Origin: Patescibacteria group bacterium
GTDB taxonomy: Bacteria; Patescibacteriota; Microgenomatia; Levybacterales; UBA12049
Length of the DNA stretch: 64,000 bases
Reading direction: 5' to 3'
Assembly (NCBI GenBank): GCA_038064195.1
Contig: JBBTTO010000002.1
Location: 630,615-694,614, forward strand
The notes beneath the pieces are model-generated. The model worked only from the letters and a program-made list of their open reading frames with translations. It ran no database searches and was not told the origin of the DNA. Both the position numbers and the translations under genes were made by a program. This document shows positions 20,941 to 29,474 of this stretch, piece by piece (within the stretch, counting starts at the first letter, position 1; every line of letters begins with the position of its first letter).

Positions 20941-22347
20941 CTAGTGGTGAGGTGAATTAGCATCTTCTTTGGCTACAGATTTGATAAAAGCTATAAGCTC
21001 GTCACGTCTGAGTTCCATCTCATCTTTTTTATACGATTCCACGTTGAGACGAAGCAGTGGCTCTGTATTGGATGTACGTACATTAAAACGCCACTCAGGG
21101 TACGTGACAGAAACACCGTCAAGTTCTGACAGTTCTCCGTCATTGTATTTTTCTTTCAACGCGCTAAGAATTTCGGGCGCGTTAGTAACTCTGAAGTTGA
21201 ATTCGGTTGACTCATAAGCTCTGGTATATTCTTCAACCAGCTCTGAGAGCTTTTTATTTTCCTGAGACATTACTTTGAGTACCGTCAAAATAGTCATAAG
21301 CTGATTCTCTCCATTCCCTGTATCTTTATAGAAATAATGGGCTGAGGATTCGCCCGCAAAAACAGCACCTGTCTTATGCATTGCTTCAGTTATGAAAGCA
21401 TGTCCCACCTTAGTAATATCCGACTTGCCCCCATTTTCCTCAATAATTTTTCTCGCGGAAAGAATATAACGAATATCAAAAAGGATCGTAGCTCCCGGGT
21501 GTTTTTTTAAAAATTCTTTAGCAATAATAGAGGTGATGATCGATGCCTGAATTACCCGACCGAGATCATCTATGAAAAAGAGTCTGTCTCCATCACCGTC
21601 CGGTGCCAACCCAAAATCCGCTTTTTCTTCCAATACTTTTTTCTGGAGATCTTTTAAATTATCGAAATTGAGAGGATCCGGCTGGTGAGCGGGGAAGGTC
21701 CCGTCAAATTCAAAGTTCATCTTAATTAGCTCAGCAGGAACTTTCTCAAAAAGAGCTTGAATATATTGAGCTCCCATAGCATTGGCTGTATCTGCAACGA
21801 TTTTAAATTTACTGATTGTTGGATTATCTAAAATTTTAAGAGCTGTCGTGACTTCGTCTTGTAAAATACCTTCCTTTTTCTCCTCAACTCCGCCGGGGAC
21901 AGGATCGGCGAATTTGCCTTCAATTGCCATAGTCTTAACATCTTCCATACCCGTACTCTTACCGATTTTGATAAGCCCTTGCGGACTATTGAGAACGAAC
22001 TTAGCTCCGTTATACTCTTTAGGATTATGCGACGCGGTGACTTGAAATCCGGCGTCAAAGCCATAATGAAAAACAGAAAAATAAAATGAGGGAGTCGAGA
22101 TAAGACCAACATCGATTACATGAGCGCCCATTTCTATAAAAGCCTGCTTGGCAGCCGGGAAAAGGGAAGGAGATGAGGTGCGCATGTCGTAACCCATGAC
22201 GACTGTTATTTGGCCGTCTTTTTGAAGTTTGTTCTTGAAGAATGTATAGGCTGCTTTAGCAATAGAGGCAATGGCTTCTTCGTTAATTTGATCTGGATAA
22301 ATACCGCGGATGTCGTAGGCCTTGAAGATCTTTGGATCAATGTCCAT
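20941..22347 (-). CDS. manB: Phosphomannomutase/phosphoglucomutase
   Basis: FKAYDIRG, TASHNP, DGDGDR, GESSAH, RTSNTEP. Confidence 0.93.
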   Translation of the reverse strand: MDIDPKIFKAYDIRGIYPDQINEEAIASIAKAAYTFFKNKLQKDGQITVVMGYDMRTSSPSLFPAAKQAFIEMGAHVIDVGLISTPSFYFSVFHYGFDAGFQVTASHNPKEYNGAKFVLNSPQGLIKIGKSTGMEDVKTMAIEGKFADPVPGGVEEKKEGILQDEVTTALKILDNPTISKFKIVADTANAMGAQYIQALFEKVPAELIKMNFEFDGTFPAHQPDPLNFDNLKDLQKKVLEEKADFGLAPDGDGDRLFFIDDLGRVIQASIITSIIAKEFLKKHPGATILFDIRYILSARKIIEENGGKSDITKVGHAFITEAMHKTGAVFAGESSAHYFYKDTGNGENQLMTILTVLKVMSQENKKLSELVEEYTRAYESTEFNFRVTNAPEILSALKEKYNDGELSELDGVSVTYPEWRFNVRTSNTEPLLRLNVESYKKDEMELRRDELIAFIKSVAKEDANSPHH

Positions 22348-22356
22348 GAAAGCATA

Positions 22357-23049
22357 TTAGATCGACAAAAGCAAAATGTCAATGGTAGTGCTTAACGGCG
22401 TAGAGAGTTCTCCTGTCTTCATATCGCGGTCTATTTCAAACAGTTGGGTGTGGAGATCAATCAGTTGTGAAGGAGTGAATGAAACCGCCTGACGCTGCAA
22501 TTTGTTCAGCTGCCAGGGAGCCAGTCTTTTCACCTCATCAATCTGCTCAGAGCTTTTCTCACTGAGAGCCAGGAGGATTCTTATCTGACGAACCAACATA
22601 AAAAATACCATTTCCGGATCCGTTGTGAGCAAAACTTTATGGAAGAGCTGGACCAATTTTGCTCCTTGTCGGGGTGCGATACTATCCAAAAAAAGGAAGA
22701 GTGTCTGGGGGAGCTTGTATTCTTTAACTGTCGCATGACGAAAGACAGAAAGTGATCTTTTATCCAACTCTTTGTCTTCCCAGAGGATAAGCTCATTTTC
22801 AAGCGTTTTAGTCTGGAGATAGTCGACAAACGCCTCAAACTCCTTAGCTGCTTTTTTACGGGTATACAGTCTTTCGATGATGACTGTCTTTTCATTAGCG
22901 AAGAGACCGCCCCCGTCCAGAATCTGGGTGAGATCGGTAAGCGTGACCGACGCTCCGTCAAGAAGGACTGCTTCAGGGCTCCTGCCTCTCAGCTCGTTAA
23001 GATATGTTCGCGAAGCGGCAGTATCACCTCCATGTATGATAGTTATCAT
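22357..23049 (-). CDS. holA: DNA polymerase III delta subunit-like protein (short)
   Basis: IIHG start, GLF motif, MLVRQIR, PWQLNKL...IDRDMKTG C-terminus. Confidence 0.75.
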   Translation of the reverse strand: MITIIHGGDTAASRTYLNELRGRSPEAVLLDGASVTLTDLTQILDGGGLFANEKTVIIERLYTRKKAAKEFEAFVDYLQTKTLENELILWEDKELDKRSLSVFRHATVKEYKLPQTLFLFLDSIAPRQGAKLVQLFHKVLLTTDPEMVFFMLVRQIRILLALSEKSSEQIDEVKRLAPWQLNKLQRQAVSFTPSQLIDLHTQLFEIDRDMKTGELSTPLSTTIDILLLSI

Positions 23050-23138
23050 ATTTCGCTTTGCGCAAAGCGCTTAGCGCTATGCGTGCAGTTGTTGATTTAT
23101 ACTCCTAAAAATATAAAATATAATCTGACAAGTAACTT

Positions 23139-24281
23139 TTATAGTTTCATCATCCAGGCAAAAGTCGCCTGAAGCTGTTGTGAAAGCGTCTTTGTGGGCT
23201 TCTCAACAGTCTCAGTTTTAAATTTTTTTTCAGGCAAGTTGTCATAGGAAGCAGACGCCGCAAGAACTTGTCGTGTAATCATTGGACTACCTTTAACTTT
23301 GGGCGTATTTTTTAGAGCCAGGTATTGATCAGTCTGATTGCCGCTCTGGTCAATGAGTGAAAATTGGGCGAAAGGACCCGCTGCTCTGAGGACAAATGGC
23401 GTTATGGCCACAATATCAGGATCATTCCATATAGAACTGAGTGTCGTACGGTAATACTCTGCCTGTGTTTTAGTGGGAACTTTATCACTTGACCAACCGG
23501 TCTCGGTAATAAAAATAGGCAATTTTTTGCCAGTAAATTGTTTGATCAGGTCACGTTCATAGGCAAAACTCCCGACCCCCTGCGTACCTCTACTTGACGG
23601 CGGTTGAGCAAATCCCGGATTTGGATAGGCATGGCTGGCAATCCCATCTATATGTTCAAAGATACCGGGACTAGCCTGATTCATGGCTCTTAAAAAAGTA
23701 TATTCATTTATGAAATCAGTTCCCTGATCAGGGGCAGCGTTGTCAAGGCCGCTGCTTATGACAAAAAAGTCGGGATTGAGATAGTTAAAGACAGTTGTTG
23801 CATAGCTGAGGAGCTGAGCGTATTCTGTCGGATTGGCACTACCACCCCATTCATCACCTCGGTTGACCTCGTTAAAGACCACTATATACCGGTTGCGAGT
23901 CGGCCAGGTGAGGGAGTTCAGGAAGTTAGCAAAGTCGAGAATATCTGCCTCAGTCGGCCGTCTCCAGACTGTCGTATTGAAATAATCTCCTTCAGTTGCC
24001 AGGCGCACTATAGGTATGAGGTGCTTTTGGGCCGCGTCATCCATAAAGCTCTGCCATTTTTTTAGGTCTTTATCTCCTGACTGGATAGGGATGAGGACAT
24101 AACCCCAGTCTCCATTACTCGTATTAACAAGATTGGCGGCTTCGTTAAGTTCGGAGGTAAAAAGGATGTGAATACCTATTTTGTTATTAGGCATGCTGAG
24201 TGGGTCAGATGCGGCATATGTTACGGGAGTATATTGGAAAAATGTGGCTATAAGATTAAAGATGAGCAGTAATTGTTTCAT
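23139..24281 (-). CDS. Secreted clan GH-A-like glycoside hydrolase
   Basis: Signal peptide, FNEVN acid/base, SHAYP, ITETGW nucleophile. Confidence 0.7.
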   Translation of the reverse strand: MKQLLLIFNLIATFFQYTPVTYAASDPLSMPNNKIGIHILFTSELNEAANLVNTSNGDWGYVLIPIQSGDKDLKKWQSFMDDAAQKHLIPIVRLATEGDYFNTTVWRRPTEADILDFANFLNSLTWPTRNRYIVVFNEVNRGDEWGGSANPTEYAQLLSYATTVFNYLNPDFFVISSGLDNAAPDQGTDFINEYTFLRAMNQASPGIFEHIDGIASHAYPNPGFAQPPSSRGTQGVGSFAYERDLIKQFTGKKLPIFITETGWSSDKVPTKTQAEYYRTTLSSIWNDPDIVAITPFVLRAAGPFAQFSLIDQSGNQTDQYLALKNTPKVKGSPMITRQVLAASASYDNLPEKKFKTETVEKPTKTLSQQLQATFAWMMKL

Positions 24282-24365
24282 GGCGTTTTATTATAGCAAG
24301 TCTACGCAAGGATTACGTGTGGGTTGGTTCCGGAGCGCGGTTAGGCGCCCCGGAACCTCGGTTGA

Positions 24366-24710
24366 TCATTTCTCCGTAGCAGGGAAGGGGAACTCAGTGA
24401 TCGGGACATCAAGCGCGCTCGCTATTCGCTCCCAGAACTCGTCTGGGATGGCACTTAAGCGCTCAATTCCTGAGACCACCGCACGGAGGACCAACTCATT
24501 TACATTGGCTTGCCGCGCAAGCTCTTGTGTGTCAAGGCCATTCTTGGCCTTTCGAACGAAGTCGCCCAGCGCGACCATCCTCAGATTATGAGTAAGGTTG
24601 TTCCTGGCGACATACTCGGCATGCTGTCTTTCAAGTTGAAACGTACTCAACCCTTGAAAGTTGAGCACATTTTCTCGTGGCGGGGTTGCCGCCGGTTGCC
24701 CAGAACCCAT
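24366..24710 (-). CDS. Hypothetical protein with XRE-like HTH
   Basis: GLDTQELARQANV...ERIASALDV pattern; AAGGAGG RBS. Confidence 0.6.
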   Translation of the reverse strand: MGSGQPAATPPRENVLNFQGLSTFQLERQHAEYVARNNLTHNLRMVALGDFVRKAKNGLDTQELARQANVNELVLRAVVSGIERLSAIPDEFWERIASALDVPITEFPFPATEK

Positions 24711-24856
24711 TCGCTCCTCCTTTTGCTAGACCAACCAATAGATGTCCTTAGTTGGAAGTTCTCAGTGCGATACATGAGACTTCCTTCCTCAGGCAAGATA
24801 TTGTATCGTTGTTTAGGCTTATAGTCAATAATAAGTGTGTAAGGTATAATATGATG

Positions 24857-25852
24857 ATGAAAAATATTTGGAATACACTACCTAAGCCTTTTTTTATTCT
24901 CGCACCGATGGAGGATGTGACTGATTCGGTCTTTCGCCGGATTGTCCTGACTTGTGGCCGGCCTGATCTGATGATCACCGAGTTTACCAACGTAGACGGG
25001 ATCTTTTCTCCGGGCCGTGAGCAGGTGATAAAGCGCTTCCACTTTGAACCTGAAGAAAAACCTTTGATTGCCCAAATATGGGGGGAGAGGCCTGAAAATT
25101 ACTTCAAAGCCGCTCAACTGGCCAAGGAGATGGGTTTTGATGGGATTGACATCAACATGGGCTGTCCTGAAAGAAGAGTTATCAAGCAAGGTGTTTGCTC
25201 AGCGCTTATGAAAAACCACTCCTTGGCTGAGGAGATTATCCTGGCTACACAGGAAGGAGCAGAGTCCGCCAGCCGGCGGATACCGATCAGTATAAAGACG
25301 CGGCTGGGCTTTAATACAATCGAAATTGAAGATTGGATTGGCTTTCTTTTAGAACACGATCTGGCAGCACTCACTGTTCATGGCAGGACTGTTAAAGAAA
25401 TGTCTGAAGTAGCGGCACATTGGGACGAGATAGCAAATGTCGTTAAGCTTTGTGATCAGATGAAAAAGGACACGCTTATTATAGGCAATGGCGATGTGAT
25501 GAGTAGGGAAGACGGGCTGCAAAAAATAAAAGATACCGGAGTTGACGGCATCATGATAGGCAGGGGGATTTTTCATGACCCCTGGCTTTTTAACCCCCGG
25601 CATTTCGGAGAAGCAGTCACATTTTCAGAAAAATTGCATACATTAGCAGAGCACAGCCGACTTTTTGAGGCTACCTGGGGTGATACTAAGCCCTTTATCA
25701 TTATGCGTAAATTCGTCAAATGTTATGTCGCGGGGATCCCCGGCGCAGCCGAAATACGGGCCGAGCTGATGACTACACAAAATAACCAGGAGCTACAAGA
25801 AAAAATCAGATTGCTGCTCAGTTCTGGAGAACGGTTACAAGCTAGTGTATAA
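24857..25852 (+). CDS. dusB: tRNA-dihydrouridine synthase
   Basis: LAPMEDVTD, DINMGCP, SIKTRLG, TVHGRT, GNGDV, MIGRG. Confidence 0.93.
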   Translation: MKNIWNTLPKPFFILAPMEDVTDSVFRRIVLTCGRPDLMITEFTNVDGIFSPGREQVIKRFHFEPEEKPLIAQIWGERPENYFKAAQLAKEMGFDGIDINMGCPERRVIKQGVCSALMKNHSLAEEIILATQEGAESASRRIPISIKTRLGFNTIEIEDWIGFLLEHDLAALTVHGRTVKEMSEVAAHWDEIANVVKLCDQMKKDTLIIGNGDVMSREDGLQKIKDTGVDGIMIGRGIFHDPWLFNPRHFGEAVTFSEKLHTLAEHSRLFEATWGDTKPFIIMRKFVKCYVAGIPGAAEIRAELMTTQNNQELQEKIRLLLSSGERLQASV

Positions 25853-25874
25853 TAATCAAAAGTGTAATGTGAAG

Positions 25875-25940
25875 GCCCTCCGACGCTCAAATTCGCCTCG
25901 AGGTTTGCAGCCACGCAGTCGAATGTTCGCTATGGCGGGC
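25875..25940. repeat. Nested palindromic REP-like element
   Basis: GCCCTCCGACGC...GCTATGGCGGGC outer arms around ATTCGCCTCG...AGTCGAATG, a motif pair also present at 56708-56762. Confidence 0.6.
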
Positions 25941-26000
25941 TTAAGAATCTCTAAGCTTTTTGCTTCACACAAAGCAAGAGCTTCTAAAGGGGGTGAAGAT

Positions 26001-26180
26001 ATGCCAAATATAGATCAGAAAAAACTTATTCAAGCAGCTATTATTGTTGGAGCTTTCGGGATTTTTATCCTCTCCCTTACATATGTCATTCCTTTGCTTG
26101 GAATTTTGGGAGCAGTAGGGATCATCGCAGCCGGCATTTACGCAATTTACCTCTTTCTTACCGGGAAATTAAAACTTTAG
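26001..26180 (+). CDS. Small membrane protein (2 TM)
   Basis: AAGGGGGTGA RBS then MPNIDQKK plus two hydrophobic helices. Confidence 0.75.
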   Translation: MPNIDQKKLIQAAIIVGAFGIFILSLTYVIPLLGILGAVGIIAAGIYAIYLFLTGKLKL

Positions 26181-26207
26181 TCAACACGAAGTGGCTTCTT
26201 GTTGAAA

Positions 26208-27150
26208 TGTGACCCTTTCAGTCACGGTTCGGAATCAAGTCATTCCCGATCTTGTCAGATATTTTAAGCTCTTTAGCCCTCAAGTGGGTCAGCTTCGAAT
26301 CCAGTCTCTCTAGTACTCCGTTAAGGTAATTGAATTGATATATAATACAACTATGAACGAAATAGGAGAGGATATTTCTCAAGCAGATATTGACACTGAA
26401 CGACTAGACGGATTTTCATCTGGCAAATATCATCAGTCGTTTGGCAAGCTCGCTGAAAGACCACATCAGAGGAGGTACTTAGAAAATGCCTACAAACGCT
26501 CCCTAGGGCTTGTACAAGAGGCTGGATGGGAGAATCCTATTGCTCAACCAGATGCTGAAGTCTTGCTTTGTGGTACTGGATCAACAGAGACGTCTAGTAC
26601 GTTTGTGCGTACCATTAGGGATCTAAATCATGATGCCAAGATTCATATACTAGACAGAGAACAATTCCCCTTGGACAGATCACGTGAGAGATTAGGTAGA
26701 GAATTAGGCGAGCAGATGGATGGTATTGAGTTCCATCAAGAAGACGCTTTGCATACATCTTTTGCTGATTCCGAGATTTCAGCCATTGAAACAGATCTTT
26801 TCTTACAATTTTTTCCTCCAGATGCTAAAGCTGAGCTTTTGAAAGAGTGGTGGAGAATATTAAAACCAGGGGGCATTGTGACAACAAGAGATTTTGTTCA
26901 GTCGACAGGCGGTCGGTTTGAAAAAAGAATTGCGAATCTCCAGCAAAGAGCGGTTGCAAGAGCTGTTCATGTTCCAGTCTATCCCACAACTAATGACGAG
27001 CTTTCTAAACAATTTGAACAAGCTGGGTTTGATGTAAGAATTATTCGAGGCAAAGTCCCAGTTCTAAAAACACAAGCACCACTATATAGCTATATAATTG
27101 CACACAAACCAGAGGCTTCTCCTATAGAATAGTACTGCTGAGCTTGTGAC
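26208..27150. mobile_element. Putative recombinase-less cassette at the tRNA-Glu 3' end
   Basis: TGTGAC at 26208 and 27145; T-loop-like motif shifted 5 bp; orphan 34-codon frame 26209-26313; single cargo gene. Confidence 0.5.
26353..27132 (+). CDS. Class I SAM-dependent methyltransferase
   Basis: VLLCGTGS, ILD, EDA, RILKPGG motifs. Confidence 0.8.
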   Translation: MNEIGEDISQADIDTERLDGFSSGKYHQSFGKLAERPHQRRYLENAYKRSLGLVQEAGWENPIAQPDAEVLLCGTGSTETSSTFVRTIRDLNHDAKIHILDREQFPLDRSRERLGRELGEQMDGIEFHQEDALHTSFADSEISAIETDLFLQFFPPDAKAELLKEWWRILKPGGIVTTRDFVQSTGGRFEKRIANLQQRAVARAVHVPVYPTTNDELSKQFEQAGFDVRIIRGKVPVLKTQAPLYSYIIAHKPEASPIE

Positions 27151-27220
27151 GCCAAGGGGATTCGAACCCCTGATTCTCTGGCTGAAAACCAGATGTCCTA
27201 GGCCACTAGACGATGGCGCC
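27147..27220 (-). tRNA. tRNA-Glu(TTC)
   Basis: GGCGCCA...TGGCGTC-A, anticodon arm TCTGG-TTTTCAG-CCAGA. Confidence 0.93.
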
Positions 27221-27337
27221 TTGTTCAAACTTATGGCGTCGAGTCCCTTGCGGGCGATGGCGCCGTATGCAATACAAATCAGACCATCGGGCATGATGGT
27301 CTGACTTATTATAGCTAAAACCGAGTTTTAAGACAAC

Positions 27338-28000
27338 TTACTTCAACTTCCTTCGTAATGTCTCCAAAATCGCTTTAGCTGTGTCTTGTCCCCCTAGTCC
27401 AAAAGCAATCCCGCCGGCGAGAGCCACCATAGCTACAAAACCGGTGAAAAGAATTCGGATCAAATCTGAGGCAACACCCAGTTGTGTCAAGACAGCCAAG
27501 GCCACAAAGACTGTGATAGCCCACCTGGTAACTGAACTCATCAGGTTGGCTACATCAGGCGATATGCCCCGAGCTGATCCCATGACAACATCACTGGCCA
27601 GTTTTGCGAAAGCAAAACCGACAATACCGATAATTGCCGCAACAAAGACATTAGGCAAATACAACAGGAAGGTATTCAGGACTGTCGTAATTTGAGGCAG
27701 GCCCCAGACATCCGCAGTCGGGATAAGGAAAATAATAATGACGAACCACCGGGCAACTTCTGAGAAGACATTGGCCCAACTGTAATCTTTCTTACCCTCA
27801 GGAATTCCGTATTTGTGAAGGTAGGCTTCTAAGTGCAGGCTCGCGAATACACTCACAACAATACGTTTGACTATAGAGCCGACGATAATACCGATGAGAA
27901 GGATAATAATACCTGCAATAAAGTTAGGAAGAAAAGCAGCTGCCGCGTAAAAGCTTTCGCGGATTGAACCGATCAAAGAGTCTCCAACATTTCCACGCAT
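27338..28000 (-). CDS. Small-conductance mechanosensitive channel-like protein (TM_helix repeats)
   Basis: FLPNFIAG and YLPNVFVA repeats, AFGLGG C-terminus; AAAGGAGGTGA RBS. Confidence 0.8.
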   Translation of the reverse strand: MRGNVGDSLIGSIRESFYAAAAFLPNFIAGIIILLIGIIVGSIVKRIVVSVFASLHLEAYLHKYGIPEGKKDYSWANVFSEVARWFVIIIFLIPTADVWGLPQITTVLNTFLLYLPNVFVAAIIGIVGFAFAKLASDVVMGSARGISPDVANLMSSVTRWAITVFVALAVLTQLGVASDLIRILFTGFVAMVALAGGIAFGLGGQDTAKAILETLRRKLK

Positions 28001-28133
28001 AGACTCACCTCCTTTCTGTTCTAAGATGTTAGTTTGGTCGTCCAAACAAGATAAATGACTGAAAGGTTAGACTTAGTCTAAAACGCGTAGTCAAGCTTGT
28101 CAAGAAGCAGCTTCGCTTGGTATAATTCAGATC

Positions 28134-28211
28134 TAGTGTTTAGGAGGTAGTTAGTAGTGTGTAGCCTAATTTAGGAGTTATTATCTACCTACTAATTTCT
28201 ACTCACTCACT
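28134..28211. repeat. Short-period inverted repeat (GTAG/CTAC type) upstream of tRNA-Lys
   Basis: GGTAGTTAGTAGTGTGTAG arm versus CTACCTACTAATTTCTACTCAC arm. Confidence 0.45.
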
Positions 28212-28213
28212 TT

Positions 28214-28285
28214 GGGCCGGTAGCTCAGCGGTAGAGCAGGAGCCTTTTAAGCTCTTGGTCACAGGTTCGAATCCTGTCCGGCTCA
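28214..28285 (+). tRNA. tRNA-Lys(TTT)
   Basis: GGGCCGG...CCGGCTC-A, anticodon arm GGAGC-CTTTTAA-GCTCT. Confidence 0.93.
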
Positions 28286-28440
28286 CCTAGTAGGACACCT
28301 GTTTCAGAAAATGAAAGAATTGCTTGATATAATGGGCTAATCGCGTGGTTCGAATAAGCAAAATAGTTCCAAAACAATATAGAGGAGAATATTGACCGGT
28401 TTGACTTTCATTTATACTTTCTGGAATACTTGAGGTAGAT

Positions 28441-29178
28441 ATGGAAAATAATCAAGCAAAAGCCTCACAACCTTTACAAATTCCTACAACACCTGTTGCT
28501 CCACGAAAACTGAGTACCCTGATAATATGCCTTGGTGGGATTGTACTTTTTGGATTTGGGATATTAGGTGGGTATATTTTATTTGCCAACAAATCTCAAT
28601 CCAAATCTTTAGACAAAGACAATCAGAAAACAACTCAAATATCTCCAGCGATTTCAACTCCAACAAAAACTGTTTTTCCAACAAGTGAGCCAACGGGTAT
28701 ATTGAAAAGCTATGTAAGTTCGTCTCTAGGTTTGTCGTTTCAGTATACAACTCCCTATGGTATTTCCGAAAATATTAAGGATTACACTGAATTAAAAGCA
28801 GATGATGAGATTTGGGTAGCATTGCCAGGCTCTGACAAGATTATTTTGCGGATTTTTTATTATAAAAGTAATTTATCCGTATCTAATTGGTGGGAGACTG
28901 AAGGATATAAAAAAATTCAATCACTGCAAGATGACTATAATTCGGCTATCCAGCCTAAACCTTCGCCTGCACTTCCACCAAAATTTATAACTAAAAATGG
29001 AACATTAGATGGAAAGCCATCTCTCGTGGCAGAGGGTGTTATTAATGCACCTCTAACACCTGGTATACAAACAATTACGTTAGTTAATTACAAAAATGGA
29101 GTATATATGTTTATTCAGCAAGAAGATGATAAAAAGTTAAGCGATAAAATCCTTGCAACGTTAAAATTTATTGAATGA
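28441..29178 (+). CDS. Hypothetical membrane-anchored surface protein
   Basis: N-terminal TM helix, Pro/Thr linker, ends DKILATLKFIE. Confidence 0.8.
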   Translation: MENNQAKASQPLQIPTTPVAPRKLSTLIICLGGIVLFGFGILGGYILFANKSQSKSLDKDNQKTTQISPAISTPTKTVFPTSEPTGILKSYVSSSLGLSFQYTTPYGISENIKDYTELKADDEIWVALPGSDKIILRIFYYKSNLSVSNWWETEGYKKIQSLQDDYNSAIQPKPSPALPPKFITKNGTLDGKPSLVAEGVINAPLTPGIQTITLVNYKNGVYMFIQQEDDKKLSDKILATLKFIE

Positions 29179-29360
29179 GAATGCATCTCAACAGCAAATA
29201 GAGCGACTTCAAGAATATACGAATAAACAAGTCTCCAAGCCCTCTCCAATTACCTTAGCGAGCTTTTCATCCTTCTTTTCCTCCAAGGCTTGAAAGGTAT
29301 TCATTAAGGAGTTAAAATGTGCTAGGAGTGGTTCAAAATAAGAATCGCTGGGCTCACATG

Positions 29361-29395
29361 AAAAATCCCTTGGACTCCTGTCCAGGGGTTTTTTT
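29361..29395. terminator. Bidirectional intrinsic terminator
   Basis: AAAAATCCCTTGGAC...GTCCAGGGGTTTTTTT. Confidence 0.7.
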
Positions 29396-29474
29396 ATTTG
29401 TCAGCTTTCGGACAGGATGAGAAGCGACCCTTCGCAGAAGGTAGTGCCCTTGTGGTAAATCCTGTCCGGCTCAC

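Larger units (their letters stand above)
28270..29474. mobile_element. Mini-island at the tRNA-Lys 3' end
   Basis: 17-bp direct repeat AATCCTGTCCGGCTCAC at 28270 and 29458; further 7-bp GGCTCAC copy at 29351; AT-rich cargo; no integrase. Confidence 0.75.

Noticed and set aside
27292-27315. ATGATGGTCTGACTTATTATAGC as a third copy of repeat A
   Set aside because: Similarity is explained by a local hairpin arm plus the tRNA -10 box; the VRT frame and core are missing
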